In this document: one piece after another, positions 18,702 to 28,541 of the stretch
How the letters are laid out: each line of letters starts with the position of its first letter
Numbering within the stretch: position 1 is the first letter of the stretch
DNA from: Elusimicrobiota bacterium
Lineage (GTDB): Bacteria > Elusimicrobiota > Elusimicrobia > UBA1565
Length of the DNA stretch: 64,000 nucleotides
Assembly: GCA_041650695.1 (NCBI GenBank)
Contig: JBAZKS010000013.1
Coordinates: 8,600-72,599 of the forward strand
Direction of reading: 5' to 3'
Notes under the pieces: generated by a model
Database searches by the model: none
What the model saw: the letters and a program-made list of their open reading frames with translations, nothing else
Told to the model about the DNA's origin: nothing
Translations under genes and position numbers: made by a program

Positions 18702-19961
18702 CTAAGGCCTCTTCTCTTTATAGCTGATCGGGACGTGGAAATCGTCTGAGCGGACCACGGCGTCCCTCTCCAGGCCGTGGAGCTCCGCGTAGACCTCGTA
18801 GAAGGGCGCCTGGCCCTCGCCTACGTCCTGGCTGGCCATGGCCGCCTGCTCCTGGAACTCCTTCGCGAGCTGGTCCTGCTCCGCGACCAGGGCGATGAGC
18901 ACCTTCTTGAGCTCCGTCTCGAAGCGGGGGAAGAGGTCCTCCTCCCGGACCGCCGCGCCACGCCTCGGCGGCTGCAGCATCTGCTCCCAGGTCCTGGAGA
19001 CCATCCGGTTGATCTGCCGCTCCGCCCCCCTCCAGTCGAAGGGCCGCATCGGCGGCCTGGGGGCCGCCGTCCTCGGAGCGCGGCCGTTTTCCTTTCGCGG
19101 AGAGGACCGCGCCTCCTTACGCGCAGGGTGCGGCGCCTCCTTCCGCGCAGGGTGCGGAGCCTTCCCCACGGGCGCGACGTCCCCCAGCTTGACCGTCCCC
19201 CCCTGCCTCGGCAGCCGCCACCACGCCACCAAGGACGCCACCGGGTAGCTCGGCAGGTCCCGCATGCGGCTGCGCGCCTCGCTCGCCACGCCCCGGAGTT
19301 CCTCCTCGGGGACGCCCAGATAGGCGGCGGCCTCGCGCACCTGGTAGCGCTCGTGGTCCAGAGGGGAGAGCCCGCCCCCGGCCGCCTCCCGGTAGGCGTT
19401 CTCGAAGGCCATGAGGTCCAGGAGCGCGTTCGAGAGCTTCCCGGTCACCGGCGCGAGCCAGATGTGCTGGTCCATGCGGGCCGCGTGGGCCCGGCCCTCC
19501 GAGTCCACGAGCTGGAAGGTGACGCGCAGGAGGTAATGCGTGCACTGCGCCCCCAGCAGGCTCCGGGAGCCGGGCTGCTGCTTGAGCGAGTACGAGGTCT
19601 GCCCGACGCGCGCTCTGCGGCCCGTCCGCACCAGCGCCTTGGCGAGCCTGTCGTCGTAGTCCACGACTTCCAGGGACCCGCGCGAGTAGCTCTTGGACTC
19701 CGGGAACAGGAGCATGCGCGACTTGGCCGGAAGGTCCAGGATCTGCACCACCCGGCGCGCCTCCTCCGGCTTCTTCCCCTTGAGCACGCGGCGGGCGTAG
19801 CCCGAGACGATGCGCATCCTCCGGCCGAGGACCTCGACCCAGCTCTTGCCGAATACCCCGTCCTGGTTGCCGCTCGACTGGGCCTGCACCACCTGGACGA
19901 AGGAGAGGTCGGCGCGGGCCTCGGCCGCGAACAACGTCAGCAGGAGTACGCAGGCCTGCAT
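18702..19961 (-). CDS. Secreted hypothetical protein with a tandem APHPARKE repeat
   Basis: Signal peptide MQACVLLLTLFAAEARA. An exact 24-bp tandem duplication at about 19117-19165 encodes KAPHPARKEAPHPARKEA. Confidence 0.6.
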   Translation of the reverse strand: MQACVLLLTLFAAEARADLSFVQVVQAQSSGNQDGVFGKSWVEVLGRRMRIVSGYARRVLKGKKPEEARRVVQILDLPAKSRMLLFPESKSYSRGSLEVVDYDDRLAKALVRTGRRARVGQTSYSLKQQPGSRSLLGAQCTHYLLRVTFQLVDSEGRAHAARMDQHIWLAPVTGKLSNALLDLMAFENAYREAAGGGLSPLDHERYQVREAAAYLGVPEEELRGVASEARSRMRDLPSYPVASLVAWWRLPRQGGTVKLGDVAPVGKAPHPARKEAPHPARKEARSSPRKENGRAPRTAAPRPPMRPFDWRGAERQINRMVSRTWEQMLQPPRRGAAVREEDLFPRFETELKKVLIALVAEQDQLAKEFQEQAAMASQDVGEGQAPFYEVYAELHGLERDAVVRSDDFHVPISYKEKRP

Positions 19962-19962
19962 C

Positions 19963-21408
19963 TCAGGGCGCGATCGTCAGGAGCACGGCGGAACTCTTGA
20001 CCGCCGCCACGAAGGGTTCCGGATAGATCCCCAGCAGCAGGACTCCCGCCGCGGCCAAGGCCAGGCTGGAGCAGAGATACAGGCCCAGGGCCGGAGCCTG
20101 AGGCCTGACCGGTTCCTTGAAGAACATGTGGACCACGATGCGCATGTAGTAGTACACCGAGACCACGCTGTTGAGCACGGCGACCACGGCCAGGAGCCAG
20201 AAACCGCCGCCCACCGCCGCCGCGAAGAGGTAGAACTTGCCCACGAATCCGGCCAAGGGAGGGATCCCGGCCAGGGAAAGCAGAAAGAGGGTCATGAGCA
20301 ATGCCAGGCCCAGGCTCCTGCAGGCGAGCCCGTCGTAGGCCGAGAGCTCGTAGCCGTCCTCGTTGCCCACCGCGATCGCGACCGCGAAGGCCCCCGCGTT
20401 CATGAGCAGGTAGGCCAGGCAGTAAAGGAGCAGGCCCTCGCGGCCGAGCGCGTCGCCGGTCGCCAGGCCGATGAGGATGTATCCGGCCTGGGCGATGGAG
20501 GAATAAGCGAGCAGGCGCTTCACATTGTCCTGGAACATGGCCACGAGGTTGCCGAACGTCATGGTCAGCATGGCCAGGAGCGCGAAGAGCCCTCCCAGGC
20601 CCAGAACTCCGTGCGGCAGCATATGGCCGAACACGCGGACCAGGAAGGCCAGAGCCGCGAGCTTGGGAGCGATGGAGAGGAAGGTCGTGATCGGGGTCGG
20701 CGCCCCCTCGTAGGCGTCCGGGACCCAGAAATGGAAAGGGACGAGGGAGGCCTTGAACCCCAAGCCCACGATCCAGAAAAGCGCCGCCAGCAGCACGAGC
20801 GGCGCATGGGTCCTCGCCGCCGCCTGAGCGGCCGCGAGGCTCGTCGTCCCCGTGGCCCCGTAATAGAAGGAGATGCCGTAGAGCATCACTCCGGTGGAGA
20901 ACGCGCCGATGAGGAAGTACTTGATCGCGCCCTCCGAGGACTTCGGGTCGCGGCTCTCGAAGCCCGCCAGGATGAACGAGGAGACGGACACGAGCTCGAA
21001 GGCCAGCAGGGCCAGAAGCAGGTCCGTGGCCCCGACCAGGAGCATCATGCCCACGGCGCAGAGCATCACCAGCGCGCCGTAGCTCCCGGGATGCCCGTGC
21101 GGGGTCTTGGACCGGTAGTCCAGGCTCAGCCACAGCACGAGGATGCAGGCGCCCAGCACCAGGATCTTGAAGAACACGGCCATGGGGTCCACGGCCCAGA
21201 GGCCTCCCGCGCCCCGCAGCTCCTCCGGGACCGAGGCGGAAAGGCAGACCAGCCCCATGGCCCCGGCGCAGGCCAGGACGGCCAGATGGGGCAGGACCCC
21301 GGCGAGGCGCCGCAGAGGCCTGCGCAGGGCCCGGGTGTCTCCCAGGAGCAGCCCGAGCGCGCAGGCGGAGAGGAAGATCTCCGGCGATAGGAGCCCGAGT
21401 CCCCGCAT
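19963..21408 (-). CDS. nuoN: NADH-quinone oxidoreductase subunit N
   Basis: Antiporter-like subunit starting MRGLGLLSPEIFLSAC... The 825-aa track ORF is an upstream read-through artefact. The start overlaps the nuoM stop. Confidence 0.9.
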   Translation of the reverse strand: MRGLGLLSPEIFLSACALGLLLGDTRALRRPLRRLAGVLPHLAVLACAGAMGLVCLSASVPEELRGAGGLWAVDPMAVFFKILVLGACILVLWLSLDYRSKTPHGHPGSYGALVMLCAVGMMLLVGATDLLLALLAFELVSVSSFILAGFESRDPKSSEGAIKYFLIGAFSTGVMLYGISFYYGATGTTSLAAAQAAARTHAPLVLLAALFWIVGLGFKASLVPFHFWVPDAYEGAPTPITTFLSIAPKLAALAFLVRVFGHMLPHGVLGLGGLFALLAMLTMTFGNLVAMFQDNVKRLLAYSSIAQAGYILIGLATGDALGREGLLLYCLAYLLMNAGAFAVAIAVGNEDGYELSAYDGLACRSLGLALLMTLFLLSLAGIPPLAGFVGKFYLFAAAVGGGFWLLAVVAVLNSVVSVYYYMRIVVHMFFKEPVRPQAPALGLYLCSSLALAAAGVLLLGIYPEPFVAAVKSSAVLLTIAP

Positions 21409-22904
21409 CAGCGCAGCGCTCCGAACAGGTCCGGGAAGAGCCTTCCCAGGTAGGTCACGGTCGGATTCATGAGGTCCAAGGCCAGGCGCGGCCAGACCCC
21501 GATGGCCACGGTGAGAGCGGTCAAGGGCAGCACGGCCAGGAGCTCGCGGGCGTTCATGTCCGGGAGTCCCTCCCACTTGGAGTCGAGCGGGCCCAGGAAG
21601 ACCTTCTCGATCATGCGCAGGAAGAACGCGGCGGTCACCAGGATGCCGGAGACGGACAGGATCGTGACCCACTTCCAGGCCGGGAAAGCGCCCAAAAAGC
21701 AGAGGAACTCGGAGACGAACCCGGCCAGGCCGGGCAGGCCCAGGGAGGCGAAGCAGGTCAAGGACATGATGCCCGCGTAGACCGGGACGACGGAGCCCAG
21801 GCCGCCGAAGGCCCCGATCTCGCGGGTATGCGCGCGGTCGTAGACCACCCCGACCAGGAGGAAGAGCGCTCCCGTGATGAGCCCGTGGGTGATCATCTGG
21901 AGCACGGCCCCGCTGAAGCCGATGGAGGACACGGCGGCCATGCCCAGCATGCAGTAGCCCATGTGGTTGATCGACGAGTAGGCCACCATCTTCTTCATGT
22001 CCGTCTGGTCCATGGCGCAGAGCGCGCCGTAGAGGATGTTGATGAAGGCGATGATCACCAGGACCGGCAGGAACCATTGGAACCCGGCGGGGAGCATGGA
22101 GTAGGAGATGCGCAAGAGGCCATAGGCCCCCATCTTGAGGAGCACCCCGGCCAAGAGGACGCTCACACCGGTCGGGGCCTCCACGTGCGCCAGGGGCAGC
22201 CAGGTGTGGAACGGGAAGGCCGGGACCTTGACCGCAAGGCCGAGGTAGAAGGCCAAAAAGACCAGGATCTGGAACTCCCGGCTGAAGCCCGCGTGCGCGG
22301 CCATGAGCTGCACCATGTCGAAGGTGTGCGGGGTGGAGTTGAAGTACAGAGCCAGGATGCCCAGGAGCATGAATACGCTCCCGAAGAGGGTGAAGAGGAA
22401 GAACTTGATGGCCGCGAACTCCTTCTTCGGCCCGCCCCACACCCCGATGAGGAAGTACATGGGGACCAGGGTCAGCTCCCAGAAGAGGTAGAAGAGGAAG
22501 AAGTCCAGGGCGGCGAAGACCCCGAGCAGCCCCGTCTCCAGCAGGAGATACCAGAAGAAGAACTCCTTGACCCGGACCGTGATGTTCAAGGAGTAGACCC
22601 CGGCCACGAGCGAGAGGAGCGCGGTGAGCAGGATGAGCGGGAAGGAGAGCCCGTCCGCCCCCACGTGGTAGTGGATGTCCAGGCTCGGGATCCAGGGCAG
22701 CTTCTCGACGAACGAGAAGGACAGCGCGTCCATCTGGAGCGTGCCGGGGTCGAAGGAGGCGAGGGCCCAGAGCGCCAGGAGGAGGTCCAGGACGAGGGCG
22801 GCCACCGCGATCCCCTGGACGACCCGAGGCTTGTCCTTCGGGACGCAGAGGATGATCGCCGCTCCGAGCAGCGGCAGCAGGATGATGGCGCTCAAGATTC
22901 CCAT
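21408..22904 (-). CDS. nuoM: NADH-quinone oxidoreductase subunit M
   Basis: MGILSAIILLPLLGAAIIL... 498-aa antiporter-like subunit. The ATG was verified at 22902-22904 (cat on the plus strand). Confidence 0.9.
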   Translation of the reverse strand: MGILSAIILLPLLGAAIILCVPKDKPRVVQGIAVAALVLDLLLALWALASFDPGTLQMDALSFSFVEKLPWIPSLDIHYHVGADGLSFPLILLTALLSLVAGVYSLNITVRVKEFFFWYLLLETGLLGVFAALDFFLFYLFWELTLVPMYFLIGVWGGPKKEFAAIKFFLFTLFGSVFMLLGILALYFNSTPHTFDMVQLMAAHAGFSREFQILVFLAFYLGLAVKVPAFPFHTWLPLAHVEAPTGVSVLLAGVLLKMGAYGLLRISYSMLPAGFQWFLPVLVIIAFINILYGALCAMDQTDMKKMVAYSSINHMGYCMLGMAAVSSIGFSGAVLQMITHGLITGALFLLVGVVYDRAHTREIGAFGGLGSVVPVYAGIMSLTCFASLGLPGLAGFVSEFLCFLGAFPAWKWVTILSVSGILVTAAFFLRMIEKVFLGPLDSKWEGLPDMNARELLAVLPLTALTVAIGVWPRLALDLMNPTVTYLGRLFPDLFGALR

Positions 22905-22906
22905 GG

Positions 22907-24868
22907 TTACCTCGTCTGCAGGAATATCGCGAAGAGGGCGACGGCCAGGGCCATGTAGAGCATGTACTCCTGGACGCGTCCGGTCATGACCCGGCGCAGC
23001 CGGGCGCCCAGGTCCCGCACGGCTTCGCCTGTGCCGTCCACCGCCCCGTCCACGAAGAAATCGTCGAAGAAGCGCTGGCTCGCGGCCAAGGCCCGGGTCA
23101 AGCCCCCCCAGGAGTCCACGAAGACCGCGTCCACGACCTCGTCGTCGAATCTCGCGCACAGCCGCGCGAGGCGGTCGGAACAAGCGACGCACGCCAGGAA
23201 GAAGTCGTCGAAGTAGCAGCGCCGCTCCAGCACGCGCACCAGGCCCGGCAGGCGGCCGCGCAGGGCGGTGTCCGCGCCGAGCTCGTCGCCCCGGTAGAGC
23301 CACAAGGCCGCGTAGGCCGCCGCCACGAAGAGCCCGAGGGCGGCCGGCCCCAGCCAGGCGGGAGCCGCTGCGGCGGCCAAGGGGCCGCCCCCCTCCAGGT
23401 CGAAATGGACCAGCCTCTCGAACAAGCCGTTGTAGTCCAGCACCAGGCCGCTCCCCGCGGCCAGCAGGGCCAGGATCCAGAGCGGGACCGTCATGACGGG
23501 CGGGGCCTCCTCCGCGTGCTCCCAGCGATGGTGGTCCCTGGACGCGCCGAGGAAGGTCAGCTGGAGCATCCGGAACATGTAGAACGTCGTGAGCCCGGCC
23601 GTGAACCAGGCCGTGCCCCACAGCCAGGGGCTCCTCGCGTAGACCGCGTGGAGCACGGCCTCCTTCGAGAACCAGCCCGAGAGGAACGGGAACCCGGTGA
23701 TGGCGAGGGTCGCGACCGCCATGGTGAGGAAGGTCGAGGGCATCCGTTTGGAGAGACCCCCCATCACGCGCATGTCGTTGCTGTGGACCCCGTGGATGAC
23801 GCAGCCCGCCCCCAAAAAGAGCAGGGCCTTGAAGAAGGCGTGCGTGGTCAGGTGGAACATGCCGGCGTAGAGCGAGCCGGCGCCCAAGGCCAGCATCATG
23901 AAGCCGAGCTGGCTGATGGTGGAGAATGCCAGCACCCGCTTGATGTCGTAGGGCACCAGGGCCATGGCGGCCCCCAGGAGCGCGGTCAGCACTCCCGCCC
24001 AGGCGACCAGGTCCATGGCCAAGGGGGCCGCCGCGAAGATGAAGTAGGTCCGGGCCACGAGGTACACGCCCGCCGCCACCATGGTCGCGGCGTGGATGAG
24101 GGCCGAGACCGGGGTGGGGCCCTCCATGGCGTCCGGCAGCCAGATGAAGAGCGGGACCTGCGCCGACTTGCCGGCCGCGCCCGCAAAGAAGAGGATCGCC
24201 ACCAGCGCCGCGGTCTCCGGCGGGAAATACCGGGGCCCCATGGCGACCCTCTCGGCCAGCATCTGCAGGTCGAAGGTGCCGGACCCCGCGAAGAGCACGA
24301 GCAGGCCCACGAAGAAGCCCAGGTCGCCGAGCTTGGTGGTCAGGAAGGCTTTCTTGCACGCGTAGGCCGGCCCGGGCTTCTCGAACCAGAACCCGATGAG
24401 GAGATAGGAGGAGACCCCCACGAGCTCCCAGCACAGGAAGAAGAGCATGAGGTTCGAGACTACGACCAGGCCCAGCATGGCCGCGCTGAAGAACGAAAGG
24501 TAGGCGAAGTACCGCTTGAAGCGGGGGTCGCCGCGCATGTACCCGAAGGAGTAGACGTGCACCAGCAGGCTCACCAGGCTGACCACGAAGAGCATGGCCA
24601 CGGCCGGCCCGTCGATGAGCACGCCGAGCGGCATCTCGTAGTCCCCGAAGGAGAACCACGACACGGACGCGCCGTAGGGCAGGTCCAACTGTCCGGTCAG
24701 GCCCTGGTAGAAGAGGACGCAGGAGCACACCAGGCAGGCGGCCATGGCCGTCACGCCCAAGAGCGGCAGCTTGGACTCCGGGCCTTCGCGGCCCAGGAGC
24801 AGCACCGTCACCGCCGCGGCCAGCGGCAGGAACGGGAGATAGTGCACGACCGGGAGCAGGTCCATCAC
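22907..24868 (-). CDS. nuoL: NADH-quinone oxidoreductase subunit L
   Basis: 653-aa subunit with a long C-terminal horizontal-helix extension. GTG at 24868 or ATG at 24865. Confidence 0.9.
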   Translation of the reverse strand: MMDLLPVVHYLPFLPLAAAVTVLLLGREGPESKLPLLGVTAMAACLVCSCVLFYQGLTGQLDLPYGASVSWFSFGDYEMPLGVLIDGPAVAMLFVVSLVSLLVHVYSFGYMRGDPRFKRYFAYLSFFSAAMLGLVVVSNLMLFFLCWELVGVSSYLLIGFWFEKPGPAYACKKAFLTTKLGDLGFFVGLLVLFAGSGTFDLQMLAERVAMGPRYFPPETAALVAILFFAGAAGKSAQVPLFIWLPDAMEGPTPVSALIHAATMVAAGVYLVARTYFIFAAAPLAMDLVAWAGVLTALLGAAMALVPYDIKRVLAFSTISQLGFMMLALGAGSLYAGMFHLTTHAFFKALLFLGAGCVIHGVHSNDMRVMGGLSKRMPSTFLTMAVATLAITGFPFLSGWFSKEAVLHAVYARSPWLWGTAWFTAGLTTFYMFRMLQLTFLGASRDHHRWEHAEEAPPVMTVPLWILALLAAGSGLVLDYNGLFERLVHFDLEGGGPLAAAAAPAWLGPAALGLFVAAAYAALWLYRGDELGADTALRGRLPGLVRVLERRCYFDDFFLACVACSDRLARLCARFDDEVVDAVFVDSWGGLTRALAASQRFFDDFFVDGAVDGTGEAVRDLGARLRRVMTGRVQEYMLYMALAVALFAIFLQTR

Positions 24869-24975
24869 GCCTAACCTTTAATCACCTTTAGAGAAACGCC
24901 TAACCTTTAATCACCTTTAGAGAAACGCCTAACCCTTAATCATCTTTAGAGAAACGCCTAACCTTTAACCACCGA
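24869..24975. repeat. 29-bp tandem repeat, 3.5 copies (unit acgcctaacctttaatcacctttagagaa), between nuoK and nuoL
   Basis: Two copies are identical and the third has 2 mismatches, followed by a partial fourth. The segment is AT-rich relative to the genome. On the coding (minus) strand each unit reads tttctctaaaggtgattaaaggttaggcg and so contains SD-like AAAGGTGA plus in-frame TAA stops. Confidence 0.9.
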
Positions 24976-24976
24976 A

Positions 24977-25282
24977 TCATCCTTTTAGAAGGTCGAACTC
25001 CTCCACGTACACCGTGTCCCGGCTCCGATAGATGGCTAGCACCAGGGCGAGGCCCACCACGATCTCGGCCGCGGCCACCGCGATGCTGAACAGGGCGACC
25101 GCCTGTCCGGCCACGCCCTGCGGATGCAGGAAGCGGTTGAAGGCGGCCAGGTTCAGGTTCGCGGCGTTGAACATGAGCTCGATGCCCATGAGCACGCCGA
25201 TGATGTTGCGCCGCGTGAGCGCGCCGAAGAGGCCGATGACGAAGAGCAGCGCGCTGACCAGCAGGTAATAGGCTAAAGACAT
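24977..25282 (-). CDS. nuoK: NADH-quinone oxidoreductase subunit K
   Basis: 101 aa with 3 TM helices; MSLAYYLLVSALLFVIGLFG. Confidence 0.9.
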   Translation of the reverse strand: MSLAYYLLVSALLFVIGLFGALTRRNIIGVLMGIELMFNAANLNLAAFNRFLHPQGVAGQAVALFSIAVAAAEIVVGLALVLAIYRSRDTVYVEEFDLLKG

Positions 25283-25283
25283 G

Positions 25284-25787
25284 TCATTTTTCCGGGACGC
25301 TGCCGTTCGGGCTCAACCCGAACACCACAGCCCCCACCAAAGCCGCCACCAGGACGAGGGTGATCAGTTCGAACGGGACCGCCATCTCGCCCAGGAGCCA
25401 GACGCCCAGAGGGGCGGTCGTGGGCGCCGTCCTCGTCTCCGCGAGGACGCCGCGCGCCAAGGCCACGATGCGCCACAGTCCGAAGAATACGACGCCGCAG
25501 ACCATGACGGCGGCGAGCCAGGTGGAGTGGGTCTGGCGCAGGCGCATCTCATCGGCGCGGCCCGAGAGCATGACCACGAAAAGGATGAGCAGGGCGATCC
25601 CCCCCACGTAGACGAGGAGCTGCGCCGCGAAGAGGAAGTCCGCGCCCAGGCTGAGATACAGGCCGGCCACGCCCGCCAAGGACAGCCCCAGGAGCAGGGC
25701 CGAGTGCATGGTATTGCGCAAGGTCACGACCCCGAGGGCGCTGAGCAGGGTCACTCCCGCGAGAGGCCAGAAGAGATAGGGGCTCAT
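25284..25787 (-). CDS. nuoJ: NADH-quinone oxidoreductase subunit J
   Basis: MSPYLFWPLAGVTLLSALGVV; internal Met of track ORF 25284-26006. Confidence 0.85.
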   Translation of the reverse strand: MSPYLFWPLAGVTLLSALGVVTLRNTMHSALLLGLSLAGVAGLYLSLGADFLFAAQLLVYVGGIALLILFVVMLSGRADEMRLRQTHSTWLAAVMVCGVVFFGLWRIVALARGVLAETRTAPTTAPLGVWLLGEMAVPFELITLVLVAALVGAVVFGLSPNGSVPEK

Positions 25788-26179
25788 GGGGCCTTGAGCT
25801 CCCAGGTCCTCTCCATCTGCGAGCGGGAGAGGAACACGAGCTCGTACTCCGGGGAATGCCGGATGGACTTGGGTTTGGTCGGGCAAGCCTCCTCGCACAG
25901 GCGGCAGAAGTTGCACCGGCCGAGGTGGACGGAGTAGGAGGCCCCCTTCTTCACCGTGATGCAGGACGAGGGGCAGGCCTTGGCGCAGAGCCCGCAGGCG
26001 ATGCACGTGGCCGGGTCGTAGTGGAGCACCCCGCGGTAGCCCGGATAGGGGGTGAGCTTCTCGAAGGGGTACTGGACCGTGATCGCGGGCCTGAGCAGGG
26101 TCCTGAGAGTCACCCGCATGCCGGCGATCAGGCCCGCTAGGACCTCCCAGACCGTCCCGACATAGCCCTTGGCAGCCAT
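25784..26179 (-). CDS. nuoI: NADH-quinone oxidoreductase subunit I (2x[4Fe-4S] ferredoxin)
   Basis: Two CxxCxxCxxxCP motifs (CIACGLCAKACP and CNFCRLCEEACP). The ATG was verified at 26177-26179. Confidence 0.9.
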   Translation of the reverse strand: MAAKGYVGTVWEVLAGLIAGMRVTLRTLLRPAITVQYPFEKLTPYPGYRGVLHYDPATCIACGLCAKACPSSCITVKKGASYSVHLGRCNFCRLCEEACPTKPKSIRHSPEYELVFLSRSQMERTWELKAP

Positions 26180-27423
26180 CAGAACATGAGCGCCAGCCCG
26201 GCGAACGCGATGTTGGCGAAGCACCAGGGCAGCAGGAACTTCCAATTCAGGTCCATGAGCCTGTCGACCCTCAGGCGCGGGAAAGTCCATCGGAACCACA
26301 TGAAGAGGAAGACCATCACCAGGACCTTGGCCAGGAACCACCACCAGCTCGGGAGAAAGGTGAGCCAGGGCAGCGGAGCCCCTCCCCCGCCGAGGAAGAA
26401 GGCGGCCGCCAGGCAGGAGGCCAGCAGCACGTAGGCGTACTCGGCCATGAAGAAGAGCGAGAACTTGATGCCGGAGTACTCGGTGTGGAAGCCCGAGACG
26501 AGCTCCGACTCCGCTTCCGGCAGGTCGAAGGGGACGCGGTTCGTCTCGGCTACGGAAGCGATGAGGAAGATGGCGAAGGCGAGCTGCCCGACCACCGGGT
26601 AGAAGACGAACCAGCGCGGCAGGAACGCGATGCCGGTCAAGGGCAGGGTCCACCAGTCCGCCTGGGCCTCCACGATGCCGGTCAGGTCCAGGGTCCCCGC
26701 GAACATGAGCACGGGCACGACAGAGAAGGAGCGCGGGAGCTCGTAGGAGACCATCTGGGCCGTGGAGCGCAGCCCCCCCAGCAGGGAGTACTTGTTCCCC
26801 GAGCCCCAGCCGGCCATCATGAGGCCGAGCACCGAGACGCCGGCCAAGGCGAAGACGTAGAGCGTGCCCACGTCGAGGTCCGCGGCGGAGAGTTCCCGGC
26901 CGAAGGACACCGGCGCGAAGGCGAGCAGGGCGGGCACCACCGCCACGGCCGGGGCGAGGCGGTGCGTCCAGGGGTCCGCCGCGTCCGGCGTGATGTTCTC
27001 CTTGAGGAGGAGCTTCACCCCGTCCGCCACGCACTGGAGCCAGCCGTGGAAGCCCCCGCAGACCATGGGGCCGAAGCGCGACTGCATGTGCGCGGAGATC
27101 TTGCGCTCCCACCAGACCAGGAACACGGGCGAGGCCGAGACCACCGTGATGACGAGCCCGGTCTTGACGAGGATCCACAGCAGGTCCCCCGCCGAGGTCG
27201 TCAGGCCCGGGGCGAGGCCCAGGAGCCCGCCGTAGGCCACGCAGTGGCGGACGATCCAGTGCTGGGCCGGGGAGCCGAAACGCCCCACCTCCCCCACCGC
27301 TGCCCCCAGGGCAGCGGCGCCGAGCGCGATGCCGGCGATCCACAACGCGCCGTTGCGGTAGCGGGGCAAGGACCAGCGGCCCTTCCAGACCGCGTCCGGC
27401 CAGAAGCGCTCGTCCAGGATCAC
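26179..27423 (-). CDS. nuoH: NADH-quinone oxidoreductase subunit H
   Basis: 414-aa polytopic subunit. The GTG start overlaps the nuoD stop as GTGA. Confidence 0.88.
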   Translation of the reverse strand: MILDERFWPDAVWKGRWSLPRYRNGALWIAGIALGAAALGAAVGEVGRFGSPAQHWIVRHCVAYGGLLGLAPGLTTSAGDLLWILVKTGLVITVVSASPVFLVWWERKISAHMQSRFGPMVCGGFHGWLQCVADGVKLLLKENITPDAADPWTHRLAPAVAVVPALLAFAPVSFGRELSAADLDVGTLYVFALAGVSVLGLMMAGWGSGNKYSLLGGLRSTAQMVSYELPRSFSVVPVLMFAGTLDLTGIVEAQADWWTLPLTGIAFLPRWFVFYPVVGQLAFAIFLIASVAETNRVPFDLPEAESELVSGFHTEYSGIKFSLFFMAEYAYVLLASCLAAAFFLGGGGAPLPWLTFLPSWWWFLAKVLVMVFLFMWFRWTFPRLRVDRLMDLNWKFLLPWCFANIAFAGLALMF

Positions 27424-28541
27424 CGGTCGCACTCCCCCAGCACGATGTCCACCGAGCCCAGGATGGCGACCACGTCCGCGATCCGCGCCCCGACCAGGAG
27501 CTCCCCGAGCACCTGAAGGTTCAAGAAGCTGGGCGCCCGCACGTGCACCCGGGCGGGAGAGGCGCCGCCGTCCGACACCATATAGACCCCGAGCTCGCCG
27601 CGGCTCGCCTCCACGTGCGCGTACGCCTCCCCGGGCGGAGGCTTGAGCACCTTGGGGACCTTGGCCATGACCGGCCCGGCCGCGAGCCCGCCCAGGGCCT
27701 GCTCCACGATCCGGGCGGATTGCGCCATCTCGCGCACGCGGCAGTAGTAGCGGTCCCAGCAGGAGCCGCGCTTGCCCACGGCCGTGTCGAACGCGACCTT
27801 GCCGTAGCCGCAGTAGGGCGCGGCCTTGCGCAGGTCGTAATCCACTCCCGAGGCGCGCAGGTTCGGCCCGGTCATGCCCCAGGACACGGCGGCCCTGCGG
27901 TCCAGGAGACCCACCTCCCGGGTCCGGTCCAGGAAGATGGGGTTGAAGGAGAGGAGCTCGTCGTACTCCGGCAGGCGCTCGCCCAAATGCGTCAGGAACC
28001 TCCGACACAGGTCCCCCCACCCCTCGGGCAGGTCCTTCATGACCCCGCCGATGCGGATGTAGTTGTAGGTCAAGCGGCCGCCGCAGAGCGCCTCGAAGAG
28101 GTCCAGGACCATCTCCCGCTCGCGGAAGGCGTGCAAAAACGGGGTGAAGGCTCCCAGGTCGATGCCGTAGGTGCCGAAGAAGAGCAGGTGGCTCGCGATC
28201 CGGTTGAGCTCGCAGACGATGACGCGCAGGTCCTGGGCCCGCTCCGGAGCCTCGACGCCGAGCAGGGTCTCGGCCGCGAGGCAGAAGGGCAGCTCGTTGG
28301 TCATGGCGGAGACGTAGTCCAGGCGGTCGGCCAGCACCACGCATTGCGGGTAGGTGCGCGACTCGCAGAGCTTCTCGATGCCGCGGTGCAGATAGCCCAC
28401 GTCCGGCTCGGCCTTGACGATGAACTCGCCTTCCACGGTCAGGCCCACGCGCAGGACCCCGTGCGTGCTCGGATGCTGGGGGCCGAGATTGATGAACATC
28501 CGGTCCGACGGGAGGGGCGGGGAGGCGAGGAGCTCCGGCAT
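27420..28541 (-). CDS. nuoD: NADH-quinone oxidoreductase subunit D (49 kDa)
   Basis: MFINLGPQHPSTHGVLRV...; its ATG overlaps the nuoC stop. This is a separate gene, not a nuoCD fusion. Confidence 0.9.
   Translation of the reverse strand: MPELLASPPLPSDRMFINLGPQHPSTHGVLRVGLTVEGEFIVKAEPDVGYLHRGIEKLCESRTYPQCVVLADRLDYVSAMTNELPFCLAAETLLGVEAPERAQDLRVIVCELNRIASHLLFFGTYGIDLGAFTPFLHAFREREMVLDLFEALCGGRLTYNYIRIGGVMKDLPEGWGDLCRRFLTHLGERLPEYDELLSFNPIFLDRTREVGLLDRRAAVSWGMTGPNLRASGVDYDLRKAAPYCGYGKVAFDTAVGKRGSCWDRYYCRVREMAQSARIVEQALGGLAAGPVMAKVPKVLKPPPGEAYAHVEASRGELGVYMVSDGGASPARVHVRAPSFLNLQVLGELLVGARIADVVAILGSVDIVLGECDR

Noticed and set aside
19937-24728. Very long nuo-region ORFs (398 aa, 825 aa, 1106 aa) in the track
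   Set aside because: The real nuoN, nuoM and nuoL start at internal Met codons at 21408, 22904 and 24868. The upstream extensions read through neighbouring genes in other frames and are Arg/Gly-rich.
24869-24975. Possible CRISPR array
   Set aside because: The 29-bp units are directly tandem with no spacers, so this is a simple tandem repeat.
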